Positions 12,646-25,623 are shown, counted from the whole stretch's first letter. The stretch: DNA of 63,643 bases, filler included, from Bigelowiella natans CCMP2755 (GCA_000320545.1; 7 parts of 7 records of this genome joined end to end with filler, not necessarily neighbours in it), one strand, 5' to 3'. Made by a program: numbers and translations. Notes: a model not told the origin generated them from the letters alone.

Positions 12646-15600
12646 TTAGGCCCTGAAAGCGTTGCACCATCGATTCCAGTGAATTAATGGGGCAATGTGT
12701 AGAGGCTCGTTAAAAGCTGCATCAAAAACATCAGCCAGTGCAGAAATTGCTATTATTCTCCAAACATTATTAAAATCACGTCGTTCCAGCTCCGTGCCAA
12801 CGACGACGACAATCACGCCACCTAGAAGCATCAGGAAGATGCAGGTCGACTGAGCGAGATATCGAACGTTGGCTGTGTAACGTTTCCTAACATTTAGAGC
12901 GAGGTCTACTCGATTTTGTGAATTAATAAACATTCGGGTGACTATGTAATCTATCGGAATCATTATCCACGAGACAAAAAGCGCACAAACTGGCCATGGT
13001 AATTGGTTGTTTGCTGAAAGAATCAATGTAGCGAGCGCAAACGTTCCGATTATTACTGCGAAGAGCGCCAACCTGAATGTATAAACGAAAAGGGTGACGC
13101 ATTGCATAGCCAATCTTGTGATGAGATACCATCGTTCCGAAGTCGAGAACTGGAATGCACTTCTGGTTATGAACGTCAACCAGGGGTGATAGTGGATGAG
13201 CGCTTCCCTGTAATACTCGCAGGCAGTAGGACTCTCCTTCTCAAGGTCTGTGGAGCTGTCAGATCCTGGCTCCTCAGCACTCTGTGAGAACCTTTGGAAA
13301 GAAGAGTCACTTTTTATTCAGAGAATGCGTGGAAGGATAAATGCTGGTCCATACCCGGTTACAAACTTCACTTCCTTCTTCTCATTCTGCTTCCTGTTTT
13401 TCTTTTTCAGTGACACGGCGTCCTCATCATCTTCTAGACGACTCCAGTATTTATGCCTTTCATCATATTCCTGATCATAATCACAGCGAATATTCATGAA
13501 TGCTCAAGTCGGCCAGTTCACTTGCCAGAGATTTAGGATGATAACTTTTAACATACCAGAGTAAATTTGTGAAGCGGTTCCTTTGTCGAATCTAAGTATC
13601 TCTCCATTTTGCGAATAGACTGCCCAACAAAGACGATACATAAGAGAAATTTTTTTTTCGAAGAGATGTTGATCGTCGAATGCAGCTAGCACCGAAGGGA
13701 TCACCTCTCTGCTTCTTCCTCCAATCTTCCTGGAACCCAGTGCGCCCCTGGTGCCGAAGAAGTGTCGTGGCTCGCTTGCAGAAGATTCATTTCGTATTCC
13801 ACCTAATGTAAAGATTCGTGTGAGAGAGTGAGAGAGAGTATCTTTGATTTTTTTTAAAAATTAGATTTCACATACCGCTCTTTGGAGATTTTGGGGAACC
13901 AAGCACAAACGCAGTATTTCTCCTCTTCCCCTCATGTTTATTGCCGCGCTTGATCATCGTCGAGAAGTTGTTTTCTTCCGCCATGCTTCCCTGGTTTGGA
14001 ATGGAGGTGGGTCTGAAAAGAGCGTTTCTGTTTTGGTGAAATTTCTTCTCATCCGACCCTAAATGAAACCGACTATTGATTCCTTTATTGTTGACGGCTC
14101 CCTCAGCCATGCTACTCTGGTTTAAAATGGAGGTGGGCTTGAACAAGCTATTGCCCTGACCATGCTGCTGCGAGTGGTTTTGAGGATTGAAGCGATGCCG
14201 TGCTTGCGCTGTGGACGGAAGGTTCATGCTACTAAACTGGCCTGAAGGCAAGCGGTCTGGGGCGACGTAGAGATTATCAAGGCCCTCTTGCGGATGACTG
14301 TCACCATTAGCCTCAGGTGCAACCTGAATGTACGATTCGCTGTCACCGTCGTCGTCCTCTTCTAACTCCGCTGCCTTTGCTGACTGTAGCAGTGACTTCG
14401 ACTCTGAACCCATCCTGGAATGTGGGCCTCGTTTTCGCCCATCACTGTTGTCATCGTATCCACTCACACTGGTGCGCCTTAGAAGTCCGGATGCCACCGA
14501 CGAGTCGTCTCGGTCGGTGTCATGCGGTACAGCTGCCATGCTGCTACCCATTGGGCTGGCATCATCAGCATTGGCACTCAGAGCTACATCAAGGTGATTC
14601 GAACTAATTTTTTGCTTTCGTTCCTCTGCGTCCGGGAGGACAAATGAAGGTCGCTCGTCATCCTCGTCCTCATCAATTGGTTCAGGGCGCATTGACGGTT
14701 GCCCCAGATGATGTACATTCCTCGTTTTCCTGTTCGAAGCAACTGAAAACAAACTGAACCTGTGGTCGTCCGAGTCCTGGCGATTGTGGGTAGGCTTGAG
14801 TTGAGAGATTTCGTTAGCGTTGCTTCTGCTATGTCGCAGTTGTGAGAGACGGGATTGCGAGGCATTTTCGTCCTCTTCCCCGTCTGTAAAGTAACTATAT
14901 CGTCTATCCTGATTCAATCCATCCATGTTCTGTTCAACCGGAGCGTCATCATCGGAACCCTCATTTGACCCGTTTGAAATGTAGCTAAATTGGCGTGGCT
15001 CGTCGTACTGCTGTTGGGGTACCAGATGATCGACATCATTTTTCTCGCCATCGGAGAAGGCAGAGTAGCGACGGTCCTCATAGAGCTTGGCATTCTTAGG
15101 CAAATCTTTCACATCCACGTCCCGGTTGTCATCTTCGCCATCGGAAAAGTAGAAATGATAGTCCGGTCGATCTTCCTTCGCGTCGTCTTGGCCTTTGTAG
15201 TCGACAGAAAGATCGTCATCTTCTTCATGCTGCTCCTCCTGGATTCCCGCTTCCTGCTGTACCTAAAACAGTAGCAATATGATAAGCAAAATGAGGTAAG
15301 CAACACGAGAGATAACATTTTAGAGATGCGCATACCGAATGCCAGAAGTTTTGCAGCTGTAGCGGAGCCCTGCCGAGCTCCATAGAGGCGCTATCGTTGT
15401 ATGTGATAAGGTTATTGATCTTCTTATTGTATAACCTGTCCATCGCCTCGGTCTGGAACTCATCTCGCATGTCGTGCGCTGCTTCAACATCAAACCCGCT
15501 GTTCATCTGTTTTAGCTTCTTTCTAAAGCCATGCCCTTGAGCGGCAGCTCTACGAAGAGCAGTGTATTTACGTTCGGGATCAGGATTTTGCCCTGAAGAA

Positions 15601-18600
15601 AGCCTAAACGAACATAATTTTAGTTTTGCAGAAACATACATATCGTATATTACACAAATACACAAAGCTGTAGCTCTTAATACCGTCGAACACGTTGTAG
15701 ATACTGCTGCTCTCTGGCCTTTTTTGGTTTCAAGGAAGGCAACGTATGGATAGCGAACGGTGTGCAATCGTCGCGGAGCTTCTTCAACAATCGAATAATT
15801 GCCGTATTTGATTTTACCCGTGGATTAAAGTTATCCCCGCCCATGTCTGAATTCGAAATAAGCCTTCGCTGATACTTTGTATCAGCAGCGAGATCCTCGT
15901 CATCAGCGTCGCTGCTATCATATCCGTCCACCGGTTTTAAGTTTGTACCAATCAGAAGAGGCATCTTTTTTAGCATCTGCATGCCTTCCTCCCGTCTCTT
16001 CACCTTCTTGGAGAACTTGAGCGCTCGTCTGATCTGATTCTTAAACAAATCCCTATCTCTGTAGTGGGCAAAGGGTAGACCAGCGATGAAGATGATATAT
16101 AGCCCCGCGAGGATCAGTGAGATGAAAGGAAACTCAACAATATTTGCAGCAGCAACAAAACCAACAGATAACGGGTCGATGTCTAAAAGATCCATATTGT
16201 CAGCAATTCGGGCTACGAACGTAGTCAGGTGATCACATGAGCAAGTAAGTTCTTGGTCTATTAGTGAAGAGAATGTGCAACCATTTTCTGACCACACGCC
16301 TTCATTTGGGGAAAAAAAGTTGCACGTGGCAGATCGGGTGAGTAACTGAGGAGTAATGGGGGGTGTGAGGGGGACGAGGGAAGGGAAAAGCGGAATGGAT
16401 ATCTCAATTGGATCTACCAAACCGGAAACTGTGAGCGGGTTGATGTCTGCTGGGTTTGATGGTCCGACGAAAAGATCGTAGTTTACTAGACTCGATCCAG
16501 TGAATCGGTCGACAGGGTTGTCCCCTCCATCCGTCAAGTTTGCATTGAAAGTTGCTAGGATATTATTGTGGAACACAGAGAGGACACTATCCACCATGCT
16601 GTTACTCTGAAACGACTCTGAGGAAACTCGGAACGAGAATCCATCAGCCCTACTCGTCAATGAGTCTATTTCAAGAGGGATAGCTTCAACTACAAGGGTG
16701 ATATTATTCTGGCTAAATGAGAGCACAGTTCCACGACTCACTCCAGCGAGAACACCTCGTGCAAGTCTAAAGAGAATCGTGTTTGATGAATTCAAAAGAG
16801 TGAGAGCAAATTCCCTTCGCTGTGGCGGCGTCTCTAATGCTGCTTGGATATTTCCTCCATTGATTTCAGGGGACAACAAACTGAACGCTCCATGCAAGTT
16901 GCCCAGGGAAAACAGTGCCGAATTAGTAAGTGCCATACTGAATACATTGTTCGAACTTGTGCTCTGCACCGTCACTAAATCGGTCGTCAGTTGATCTAAG
17001 AACTCCGTGGCTTCCTCTGTAAGATTCGCACTAATCTCATCGACTTCGTTGAGAATGTTCATCTCAACCTGAACCAATGTCAAAGCCCTTGTGCTCGATA
17101 CAGCCCCTAAATCTGTAGACGCTGTTAGACGTTCCAGTCCTTGAAGTAGGCTCTCACGAATCCCAAAACGACTACTCTCCTGAGCCCTTGGCAGCATACT
17201 GTCTACTGCCATGACAATCACAGCCGCGTCCGAAAATGCGAGGGCATCTACGGCGATGTTGAAGCCTCCCTCAATCTCATCGTTTAATCGAGATGCAACT
17301 TCTGAAGGGTTGTCTATATCTATACCAGGTATGGAAGAGGAAACTGTGACTCCTACATCAAACAAACTTGTGTCCCCTAGTTCATCAGTAACAGTTACGC
17401 TGACGATGACCGGACCATTTTCAGACGTAGGAATTGTTGGAAGTATGAGGGAAGGTATGCAACTCTCCTCGAGCAGATTTAGGACGCCCCGGTACGATAT
17501 AGAAAACGTATACGTCAGAGCTGAATCTCTGCCTTCAGGGTTGGTGAATCCGCTGCAATTTATGAAGACTGGAGTTGTAAAGACAATGCCTTCCAACGGA
17601 TCGACAACGCATGACCCGAGAATCGGAGGAGTGTTAGCGAAGACTTCGAGGGACGCAATTCCTATCTCCCCCGCGGTTTCCACTTTGACGAGAAAGCTAC
17701 TAGGTTCGCCAGCAATCAAATAGCTGGGGTCGACTGTTAGCACTTCCGAGTTACAGACCACGGAAACTCCGACGCCCTCGATGCAACCACCTCCAGACCA
17801 ACTATAGACTAAGTCGCTAGATGATGTATCAAGTATATTGGCCCTCAATTGTAAAGGTTCACTGCTACTGACTCTGAAGATACCACTCTCAGTCTCTACA
17901 AAAGGAGACAATACCTCAATACTAACCAACAAACGCGGATCATTTTTCACGAGGAAGGTCACAGAGTCTGAATCAGAACTTGAAGGCGCAGAAAAAATCA
18001 CAGTGATTACACATACAGTATCGACTATCAGTAGAGAAGCGGGAATGGAGAGAACTGCCGAGTCCAGAATAAGAGATGCTTCATCTTCGAGGCATCTAGA
18101 AACAGACCAGGAGAAAGACCGCTGGAGATCACTTCCAAGGATTGCAAGTGGATCAATGGAGTTGCTTGCGTTGAACACGACGTTACCCTCGGCATCAGGA
18201 CCCCCGAACACTTCAAGAACATTTCCGGGTTCAATCACTGCACGCACCTGTGGCCGTAGCAAGATGATGCAAGATGTAGCAACACTCCGTAAAACGCTAG
18301 TGGTTTCATCAGGTGCAACCACGCTTGTAATAAGCGTAACATTGAAACAATACTCGCCTGGTTTTCTTGGACCTTCAGGAAGAAACAGATCTCGTGCATC
18401 ATTATTTAATATGGTAAGTGTTGTGGGGCCTGAGATCTGCTCCCAGAGATAAGTGAACGACGCAGAATAGCCATCGCAAACAAGAAATTCGATAATTGTA
18501 GATCTAATGGTAACAGGGGCGTCGAACTCTACGGTCTTTGCCAAAGGCGTCAGCTCCAGAATTGGTGGTAGCAAAGTATCTTCTTGTGTGATAAGTATTG

Positions 18601-20035
18601 AGGTCGTGGCGTTACCTCCCAACCAGTTCGTACTAACAAGGACGATCTCAAAGGTTCTAGAGCCTCCGGAGAAGAACGGTAGTTGCTCATTAGGAATAGT
18701 GATCATTTGACTATTTATTTCACTGGCTGAAATGAGCAACGAATCAACATGTATTGACCCACTTTCGGCCAAAAACCAAATAAAATCAAGTTCTCTGCAA
18801 GCGTCACCAGAAACTCCCACGGCTGTAACCTGGATCGAGCCGCATACAGGAATTATCGTATCGGCAGTCAAAATTACCTCTGGGATGGGAACAGGATCTG
18901 GAGCCTGTAGCTCCTGGACAATTGAATCCAGCCTAGATGGTAAGAACATGGCCGGAAACATAGATATTTCGGCCCCAATTAAAATCGTTGCGTCCGGACT
19001 CATCTACATATAAAATCTCATTTGTTAGTCATGCAAATTACATCTTCGATATTAGTCTGACCTTGACTTGAAACTGATTGGGCGAGATTGCAGAACAATT
19101 AGGAGCTGAGCCCATTTGAATCAACGTGTCAGGTTCCACCCATCGTTCACATTCGAGAATACCAGAAATGAAGGGAGATCTTTTAAAAAAGTATGTTTAT
19201 CTTCCCAAGCCAAAAAATTGTACTTGAAACAGGATTACATCGAAAAGTTTACTGTAAGCGTTTTGCCGTCTGGCTGAAGAAGAGCGTCTCCAAAAGTGAA
19301 CGTGGTGTTGCAAATGGGCCCGCCCAGGCCAAAAGAACAATTACAGCTTTGAAAATCACCCAAAGCCATACCACAATCAAAGTTTGGGATGGTGTTGCCT
19401 AGTTTTACATGAAAAGAAATTAGCTTTGTGAAAGGGTAGATGAACATGCAGATGATAACCAGGAGATTCAATGAGGTAGAGAGTCAATTCCTCGGACAGT
19501 AACCAGTCCATTCCAGGGTCGAGTATCTCAAAAGTTGTGTTCAGCACTACTGCAGGGGGAGCTGGTTGCATTGGAAATCTAAAGACATCATTCAATCATC
19601 GCTCGTTTAACATCTGTTAGTTTTGTAAGTAGAATGAATGTCAAGTCAAAGGGTAAAAGACATACGTTTCGACGAGAAGGATTTCAGTCGAGGTTTCTCC
19701 GGGGAACGGAAGGACAGGTATTATGAACATATAAAATTGGCCATCCGCCAAAATGAAGGTTGTTCGAACCTGGGATATGCATGGTTGATTCAGATAAAAA
19801 TTTATCATTTTCCCTTCAAGTGTACGATTATTTGTCCAACCTGCGCAGTAGATCCAGCTCTAGAATCAATCGAAAGAGGTCCAGTGGCAAATCGAAGTGA
19901 AAAATAAAGATACACAGGATTGCCTTCTTCTTGCAGTGTAACCCCATTGTAACCAGGTTCCCTCCCAAAGTGGCTTAGGTGCCCCGATGCGGAGCAGACG
20001 GAAGCCAGGATAAATGCTACCAGAGGCCCCATCAT
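12646..20035 (-). CDS. Polycystin-1-like (PKD/REJ + GAIN/GPS) large membrane protein, multi-exon
   Basis: Signal peptide MMGPLVAFILASVCSASG at 20035. ORF 15677..19003 has REJ/PKD-like motifs (YLWEQISGP, FNASNSIDP, NTPPILGSCVVDPLEG) and a canonical GPS CNFF...VWSENGC...LTCSCDHL|TTF followed by a TM helix. Short GT-AG introns link ORFs 15225.., 13868.., 13504.. and the final multi-TM exon, which has the polycystin-like HYHPWLTFITRSAFQFSTSER motif. Confidence 0.85.
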
Positions 20036-20332
20036 TCAGGAGGAAAACGATTCCACCGTATTACTGCCTCAGCTCTCGGGGTGGGCAAGGTTTGTGTGGT
20101 TAGGCCTTGCTTCCTCTACTCTCTATCTCTTCTGTGCGACAAGACAGAATCCGCATTCCTTGTCCAAAATCGCCTTTAACTACCACCACAGCCGAGAGAT
20201 TGACGGGATTGCGAAACAGATCATAGTTTTTTCTACGCCGACAGTGGATTTAGTGCTGCGGGGCCCTCTAGAAGCTGTCGCACCACTGAATCACCCTGTT
20301 CATGCGCCAGTCTTGCGCGAAGTGAGAGCGTA

Positions 20333-22985
20333 GAGCTCCCAAGGCACGTGCGAGCATGTGAAAATCAACAACGCGTTTGTGCTGCCTGTTTTTGGGATGG
20401 ATGCGAGACGCACCTGAGATTCTCTCAGTGTCTCGAGGAACGTCACTCTCGCTTGCTTGTTCAAATGACTCCGGCCATTGAAACATCAAAGTCACTTCGT
20501 TCGTTCGTTCAATCGAAGCGGTGTGACAGAGCTAGAAGGGCTGTTCAAGTGCGATTCCAGACGTGCAGTGGGCTGATGCAACGCGTGAAATGAGGTGGTG
20601 AGGTTTTCATCGAAACAACTCACGTGCTTTGTGTTGTCTGCAAGCTTGTTCCCATTTTCACCATCAGCGCTGTGTGCATCGTTCAACCTCCAGTTTCAGC
20701 CACGTTGGCTCAGCACAGGGCAGCGTGACAAGATGACGTGCGCCGCTAGAAGATGGCATGACATCAAACATGCATGCGAACGCACCTTGAGACCTGCCAG
20801 CCTGGAGCTTGCAAGTCGTTTTGGACGTCTAGACGTGCACGATCGCCAGGTCGATTTGTGCTGTCGATTCGAGCTAGGAGCGTCACACTCGCACATGGCA
20901 CTTTGCAGCACATCGTGCGCTCACTTCACTGGTTCAGCTGCATCAAACACGTGCCAGCGTGCTCTCTGCAAGCTCTGGCTAGCTAGCCAGCTGGCCCTGC
21001 ACAGAGCTAGCTAGCTAGCTAGCTAGCCAGCCAGCTAGCCAGGTCCAAACGTCCAGGTTGTGGGTCGATGGTTGATTGAGCTGTGTTTGAATCACGTGTC
21101 GCGACTTGTGCATGCAGCAATGCCATGAGCGCGCTGCGGAACATTCTGCGAACCTTCTTGCGACACGTTCTGTTCTGCTGCAGCTGAGCATTGCAGCGAC
21201 TGCTCCAAGTCAGCCATTGCCACGCATCACACCTCCCCCAGTCGCGAAGATGCAGCGCTCTCAAGCAGCAGTGAACTTCATGAGATGCCAGTCGATGGCT
21301 TCGTCCCTGAAGTCTCTTCCTTGGTCATCTTGCCAGAAGTTGTCGTCGTCTTTGACCTCAACAGCATGCCAACTGTCTGACAGGTCCTCGAGCTGTGAAA
21401 ACCAACGTTCACATTGCAGTTCTGGCACAGCAGCGTGGACTGAACGATGATCTCCTTTCTTCAGCTTCTTCAGCAGCTTTTCCATGTTGCTTCTGCCTGG
21501 ACATCCAGCATGCACGGTCTTGTTCTTCCAGTCGTCGTCGAATCCACAGTCAGTGTTGTCGTGGCCCATGTCGAAGTCCGGCTTTGCTCCAATGGTGTCT
21601 CGGGCAATGTCCCAGATCTTGTTGTTGATCTCAGCATGTCGCAAAACATCATCACCAATGGAACAATTCTTGAGGTGATCAATGAACCTGTCAAATGCTC
21701 TCTCACCGTCCCAGTGCACGATGAACTCTTTTGCCGATTCGTTCCGTGACTTTGGCCACCTTGTTCCAGAACGGATCTTCCTTTTCTCTGCTTCTGGTGG
21801 GCTTTCTCACTCTGACCAGAGTTCCAGTCTTTGTGATCCGTCCATCGCACTTGACTGAAGTCTTTGAATCGTCCTTCTTCTTGGACACGCCCCCAGATGG
21901 ACGAGTGAAGAATGGCAACAAGTGACGAACACTGTCTGGAGTTGTCCCGTGAACTCTGCACAATGTGGCGATGACGCGATGCAGACGTTCCACCACAGCG
22001 TCACTTTGTGGTCTGTCAACAGGACCTGGTTGCACATTGGGATGAGGCAATGCAATTGGAGCAACCTCGTCATTGACGTGCAGCTTCTTGGGAGTCCCGT
22101 TCTCTGATTCCCAGCATCTGTGTTCGTTGTGGACTTTGGCCTTGTGGACGCCTTTGTTTCTCTTGGCTGTCCCGACTTTGCAAATTCGGCGAATCCACGG
22201 TTCTCCAGTGGCCACATCGACAAAAGTCATGCACCACACACCGGAATGCTTGCACATGTCAATCTGGACGACGTCGAAACGTTCTTTGGCGCAGATCCGC
22301 CCAGAAGACTTGGATGATTTGCTTTCATGTCGGGGAGTCCCAGCAGCTTTGAGAGCAGCACACTTGCAGCCCTGGATGAATTGTCGGGAATCTGGTGGTT
22401 TCTTTGACCAGTGACACTTTGAAAGGCGTTTTGCCATGTTGGTGTCGCTGGCATGATCATCACCATGTGCTTCGCACAAGAGTCTCAATCGTTGACGCTT
22501 GGGCACACAAGTTCTCCATTCTCCACCAGTGAACACTTCAACGCGATCTTCGAGGCGTCGGATGCGCAACTTCTTCAGTTCAGCTTCGACAACCAATGCC
22601 GCCGACTCTTTTGTGTCAGGCACAAAACCTGAGTCATCCTCGAAGAGATTGTGCAGGGTGTCGGGCACAAAGTCAGCAGGTGGGCGCTGGAACAGACGCG
22701 ACCATGTGTCTGCGAGCTGTTCGTCACCAGGCACACATCTGATTCGCCTGGTGTCGTCAAACTCTTCAGTCTTTGACCTCACATTGGCGAACTGCTCGTT
22801 GGCCGTCTCACAGTTTTTGCAAATGCCCAACAGTGGTCTGTGGTCGACACAAAGGTCAAAACCATGACGACAGGATGGTGGGCATCGTCGGAAACGCAGT
22901 TGTCCCTCGGTGCTGGCGAGCAGTTCGCCTTCAGTGGGAGAATGTCTGCTCTCCGCGGGACTGCACGACCTCCCCCGCAGCAGAC
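20333..22985. other. TpA-erased hypermutated tract 1
   Basis: By manual scan the only TA dinucleotides are 12 CTAG sites, all before 21040; none occur from 21040 to 22985. CpG is abundant. Confidence 0.92.
21060..21239 (-). mobile_element. Putative polypurine tract and 3' LTR of the Ty3/gypsy-like element
   Basis: About 20 nt after the pol stop (21261) the minus strand reads GGGGGAGG (21239-21232) then TGTGATG (from 21231), the PPT-TG junction of LTR elements. The LTR 3' end (~21060) is a guess and no 5' LTR is present to compare. Confidence 0.5.
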
Positions 22986-22990
22986 TACCA
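21261..22990 (-). pseudogene. LTR retrotransposon pol 3' half: RNase H, integrase (H2C2 Zn finger + rve core + SH3-like), extra C-terminal domain; hypermutated, with frameshifts
   Basis: RNaseH: SPAESRHSPTEGELLA...FRRC...DHRPL. Zn finger: VPKRQRLRLLCEAHGDDH...KCHW...FIQGCKC. Core: FDVVQID, MTFVDVAT, PQSDAVVERLHRVI. A frameshift near 21725 continues into ORF 21261..21719. RT-RH-INT order is Ty3/gypsy-like. Confidence 0.85.
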
Positions 22991-23000
22991 CACCACACCC

Positions 23001-23320
23001 CACATTTGATTTCCCATCTGCCGTTGGTAGGGGAATGACACAAAATTTTCATTTCAAAAATTCACCTACTGACGACCTACTGCTGAACTGAATTGCTAGA
23101 ATGACATGGCAAAATTGCACGAGCATGACATGTCAAGTGTTCGACATTTGATTTCCCATCAGCAATCAGTAGCAAAATGTGCGAAAATGCGCAACATGAA
23201 AGCTTCACCTACTGACGACCTGCTGCTGAACTGAATTGCTATGATGACATGATGAAAATCACAGGCACATCCCATGTGTTTTGTGAAAACAATCTTTGTT
23301 AAAAATGACATGGCAAAAAA
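23001..23320 (+). repeat. Degenerate ~145-bp tandem duplication with a recurring ATGACATGG motif; possible subterminal region of the inserted element
   Basis: CATTTGATTTCCCATC...TTCACCTACTGACGACCT(A/G)CTGCTGAACTGAATTGCTA occurs at 23003-23098 and 23145-23241. ATGACATG recurs at ~23101, 23125, 23244 and 23305. Confidence 0.7.
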
Positions 23321-23358
23321 TCATCGCAATGTTGCCCGTCACTATAGTCTTTGCAAGG

Positions 23359-25377
23359 CTATTGAGGGGAAGTTCTCTCGAAATTGAACACGTCGCAATG
23401 GATTTTCACGTCGTCGTTTTTCGGCCAGAAGTTAGAGGTCTCTCCAATGCGGAACTTATGCATCTGTCCTGGAACAATTCTGGTCCACGCGAATTTTTCG
23501 TTGATTCTTTTTGTCGAACGAACCGCAGAAAATGATATTCGTTTCGCTCCGATCTGCGTTGCCAAGGTGGAAACATAGTGCATCTTCAAGGTGTGACTCT
23601 TGGCATCAGCAACGTTAATGAGATGAAGCACTTTCTCCCCCTTGAATCGATAGATGCGAACTGCATCGAATGCTGCATTGTTCCATTCCAGAGGCACTGC
23701 CCAAACCTGTTCGCCATCTTTCACATCCTCAAATATTTTTTTCAGATCTTCAGTAGTTTCGTATTCGTGGACGGCATGGGCTTTCCAATCAACTGGAGCA
23801 TTTTTTGAGTTGCAGACGATGACCTTTTTGTCTTCTGTTTTCATTGCTGCTTTTAGTTGAGCTAAGAAGTCCATCTCCACTACCCAGCCCATGAAAGAAG
23901 GGTTTTGAAGGTTTTCGGCAATGTTGTATCCCATTTTCACCGCCAAAAAACTGTGCTTGATCACCAGTAGCTTTAACACGTATTTACTCACGAATACTGG
24001 ATGTTTATTTGTCACCAATCCCGGAGTCTTCAAAGTGCACACCAGATGGTTTATGGCGTCAGCGCTCTCGTGTCCCGCGGTACCCTTCAAAAGAGATTCT
24101 GCGTTTCCCACTTTGTCAATCATCCGATTTATTTGTCCCTTCACTGTTTTTAGATCTGTTGCAAACATCCATCGTGCAGAATGACCTGCAAAGTAGAACT
24201 TCTCGCGGAGCTTCTCGGAAAATTCATTCTCCTTGTCTAGACAATCGATATACGTACAGACTTCTTTTTGGAATGCCTCGTCCTTTGATGCAGCAAGGTA
24301 TTGCTCCAATGTCCACGGATGCATTGTATGGCGTATCACTTCATCGAAGGCTTCTTTGCCAGCCAAAGACTTTGTAACGATGTTAACCCGTACATTGTCG
24401 TAGTGGCATGATTGCTCAAGGGCTTGGTGGTGCTGTCCATCTATCCTCAGACCATCGAGCACCACGATGTCTGCTTTACTACCATTCAAGGTTCCAGTTG
24501 CTACTAATCTCGATTTGTTCAGCTCTCCATCATTGATAAAGGAGAACATCCGGGCAGCTTTCTTGGTCTCTCCGTTGAGGAAAACCACTGTCGGAGGTCT
24601 AGCACGCAAAAAATGGACCCATAAGACGTTCTTCCCCGCAGTCCACCTCGAGACTGCCCAGCCCCAAGTCGTCACCGATTTCCCAAGTCCAGGTGTTCCA
24701 ACTATTTCAAGTTCACGCTCCTCCTCCAGCTTAGTCCAAAGCTCAATGACTTCCTCCCGCCCATACAATCGGAGTTCGCCATTTCCGGTAGCATTGCGCA
24801 GACCAGCAATACCCAATCCGCTCACGACGAAGAATTTCCCTCTCTGTGGTGTATCTGATATGTATATCTGCGCTGAAATGTCTTCCCAGTGGGCCTCTTC
24901 CCCCCTGCCGCTTTCCTCCATTTCCATGGCTGAACACACACGCAAAAATATCTCAGCACACCGATTCTTCCTCAGATGTTACAAAAATACATTACCGGTT
25001 GCATCCTCGAATTTCTTTGACACGTCCTTCAGTTCTGCCTCCTTCGCCTGGATTTCCTTTTGAGTTTCAGCTATTTGCGCTTCTACTTTCTTTGTTTTCT
25101 CATTGAGCTCCTCCTTCGTAAACTTTTCTTCCGAGTAAAATTGTTCAAATCGCGCAAGTCGGTCATTCAGCTTGTTCTCCTTCTCCCTCAATTTCAAGAT
25201 TTCCTGCTTTGTAAGTTGGATCTGATTTCCCCATACCTCAGAACGCTGAGAACACATCAAAGCTTAAGCTCCCGAACGCAAGCCTCGTAGGATAAGTACC
25301 TGTGCTTTCGAACTTCTCCTGCTAGGGATTCTTTCATCTACCTTCCTTTTCTCGTCAAAAGATCCACTACGCTTCAT
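23359..25377 (-). CDS. Crinkler/RHS (CR)-type protein: coiled-coil N-terminus, P-loop NTPase, PD-(D/E)xK-like REase
   Basis: Walker A GTPGLGKS, Walker B IVVLDG, FYFAGHSARWMF, GWVVEMDF, and nuclease motif WAVPLEWNNAAFDAV...INVADAKSHTLK. Two short GT-AG introns (~25299-25246 and ~24995-24930) join an ATG at 25377 and coiled-coil ORF 24979..25260 in frame. TpA content normal. Confidence 0.75.
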
Positions 25378-25623
25378 CGAGTCTGATTTCGAGTCTGGTG
25401 TGAAGATCTTCACGGGAGACTCTCGTTGCGGCGAATCCCCGGAAAGAGCATTACCGGGAGTATTACCGGTATTGCCCGTTAGTGTCCGTTAGTGTCCGAA
25501 GATTAGGGACTCCCATTTTCATCCCGGAATGCCCAGCAGCGGGGAGAGTCTCCGGTGAAGAACTGACACGTGTGGCTGATATGGCAAAGACATTAAATGT
25601 CAAATTTTCGGGCACACGATGCC

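Noticed and set aside
21261-22990. Classification of the retroelement as DIRS because of the MT-like domain
   Set aside because: It has a DDE integrase with H2C2 finger and a PPT-TG junction, and no tyrosine recombinase.
20348-23091. Many overlapping ORFs in TA-free tracts (also 29.0-30.8, 37-38 and 44.4-45.6 kb)
   Set aside because: Loss of TA removes TAA/TAG stops, which inflates ORF length in all frames.
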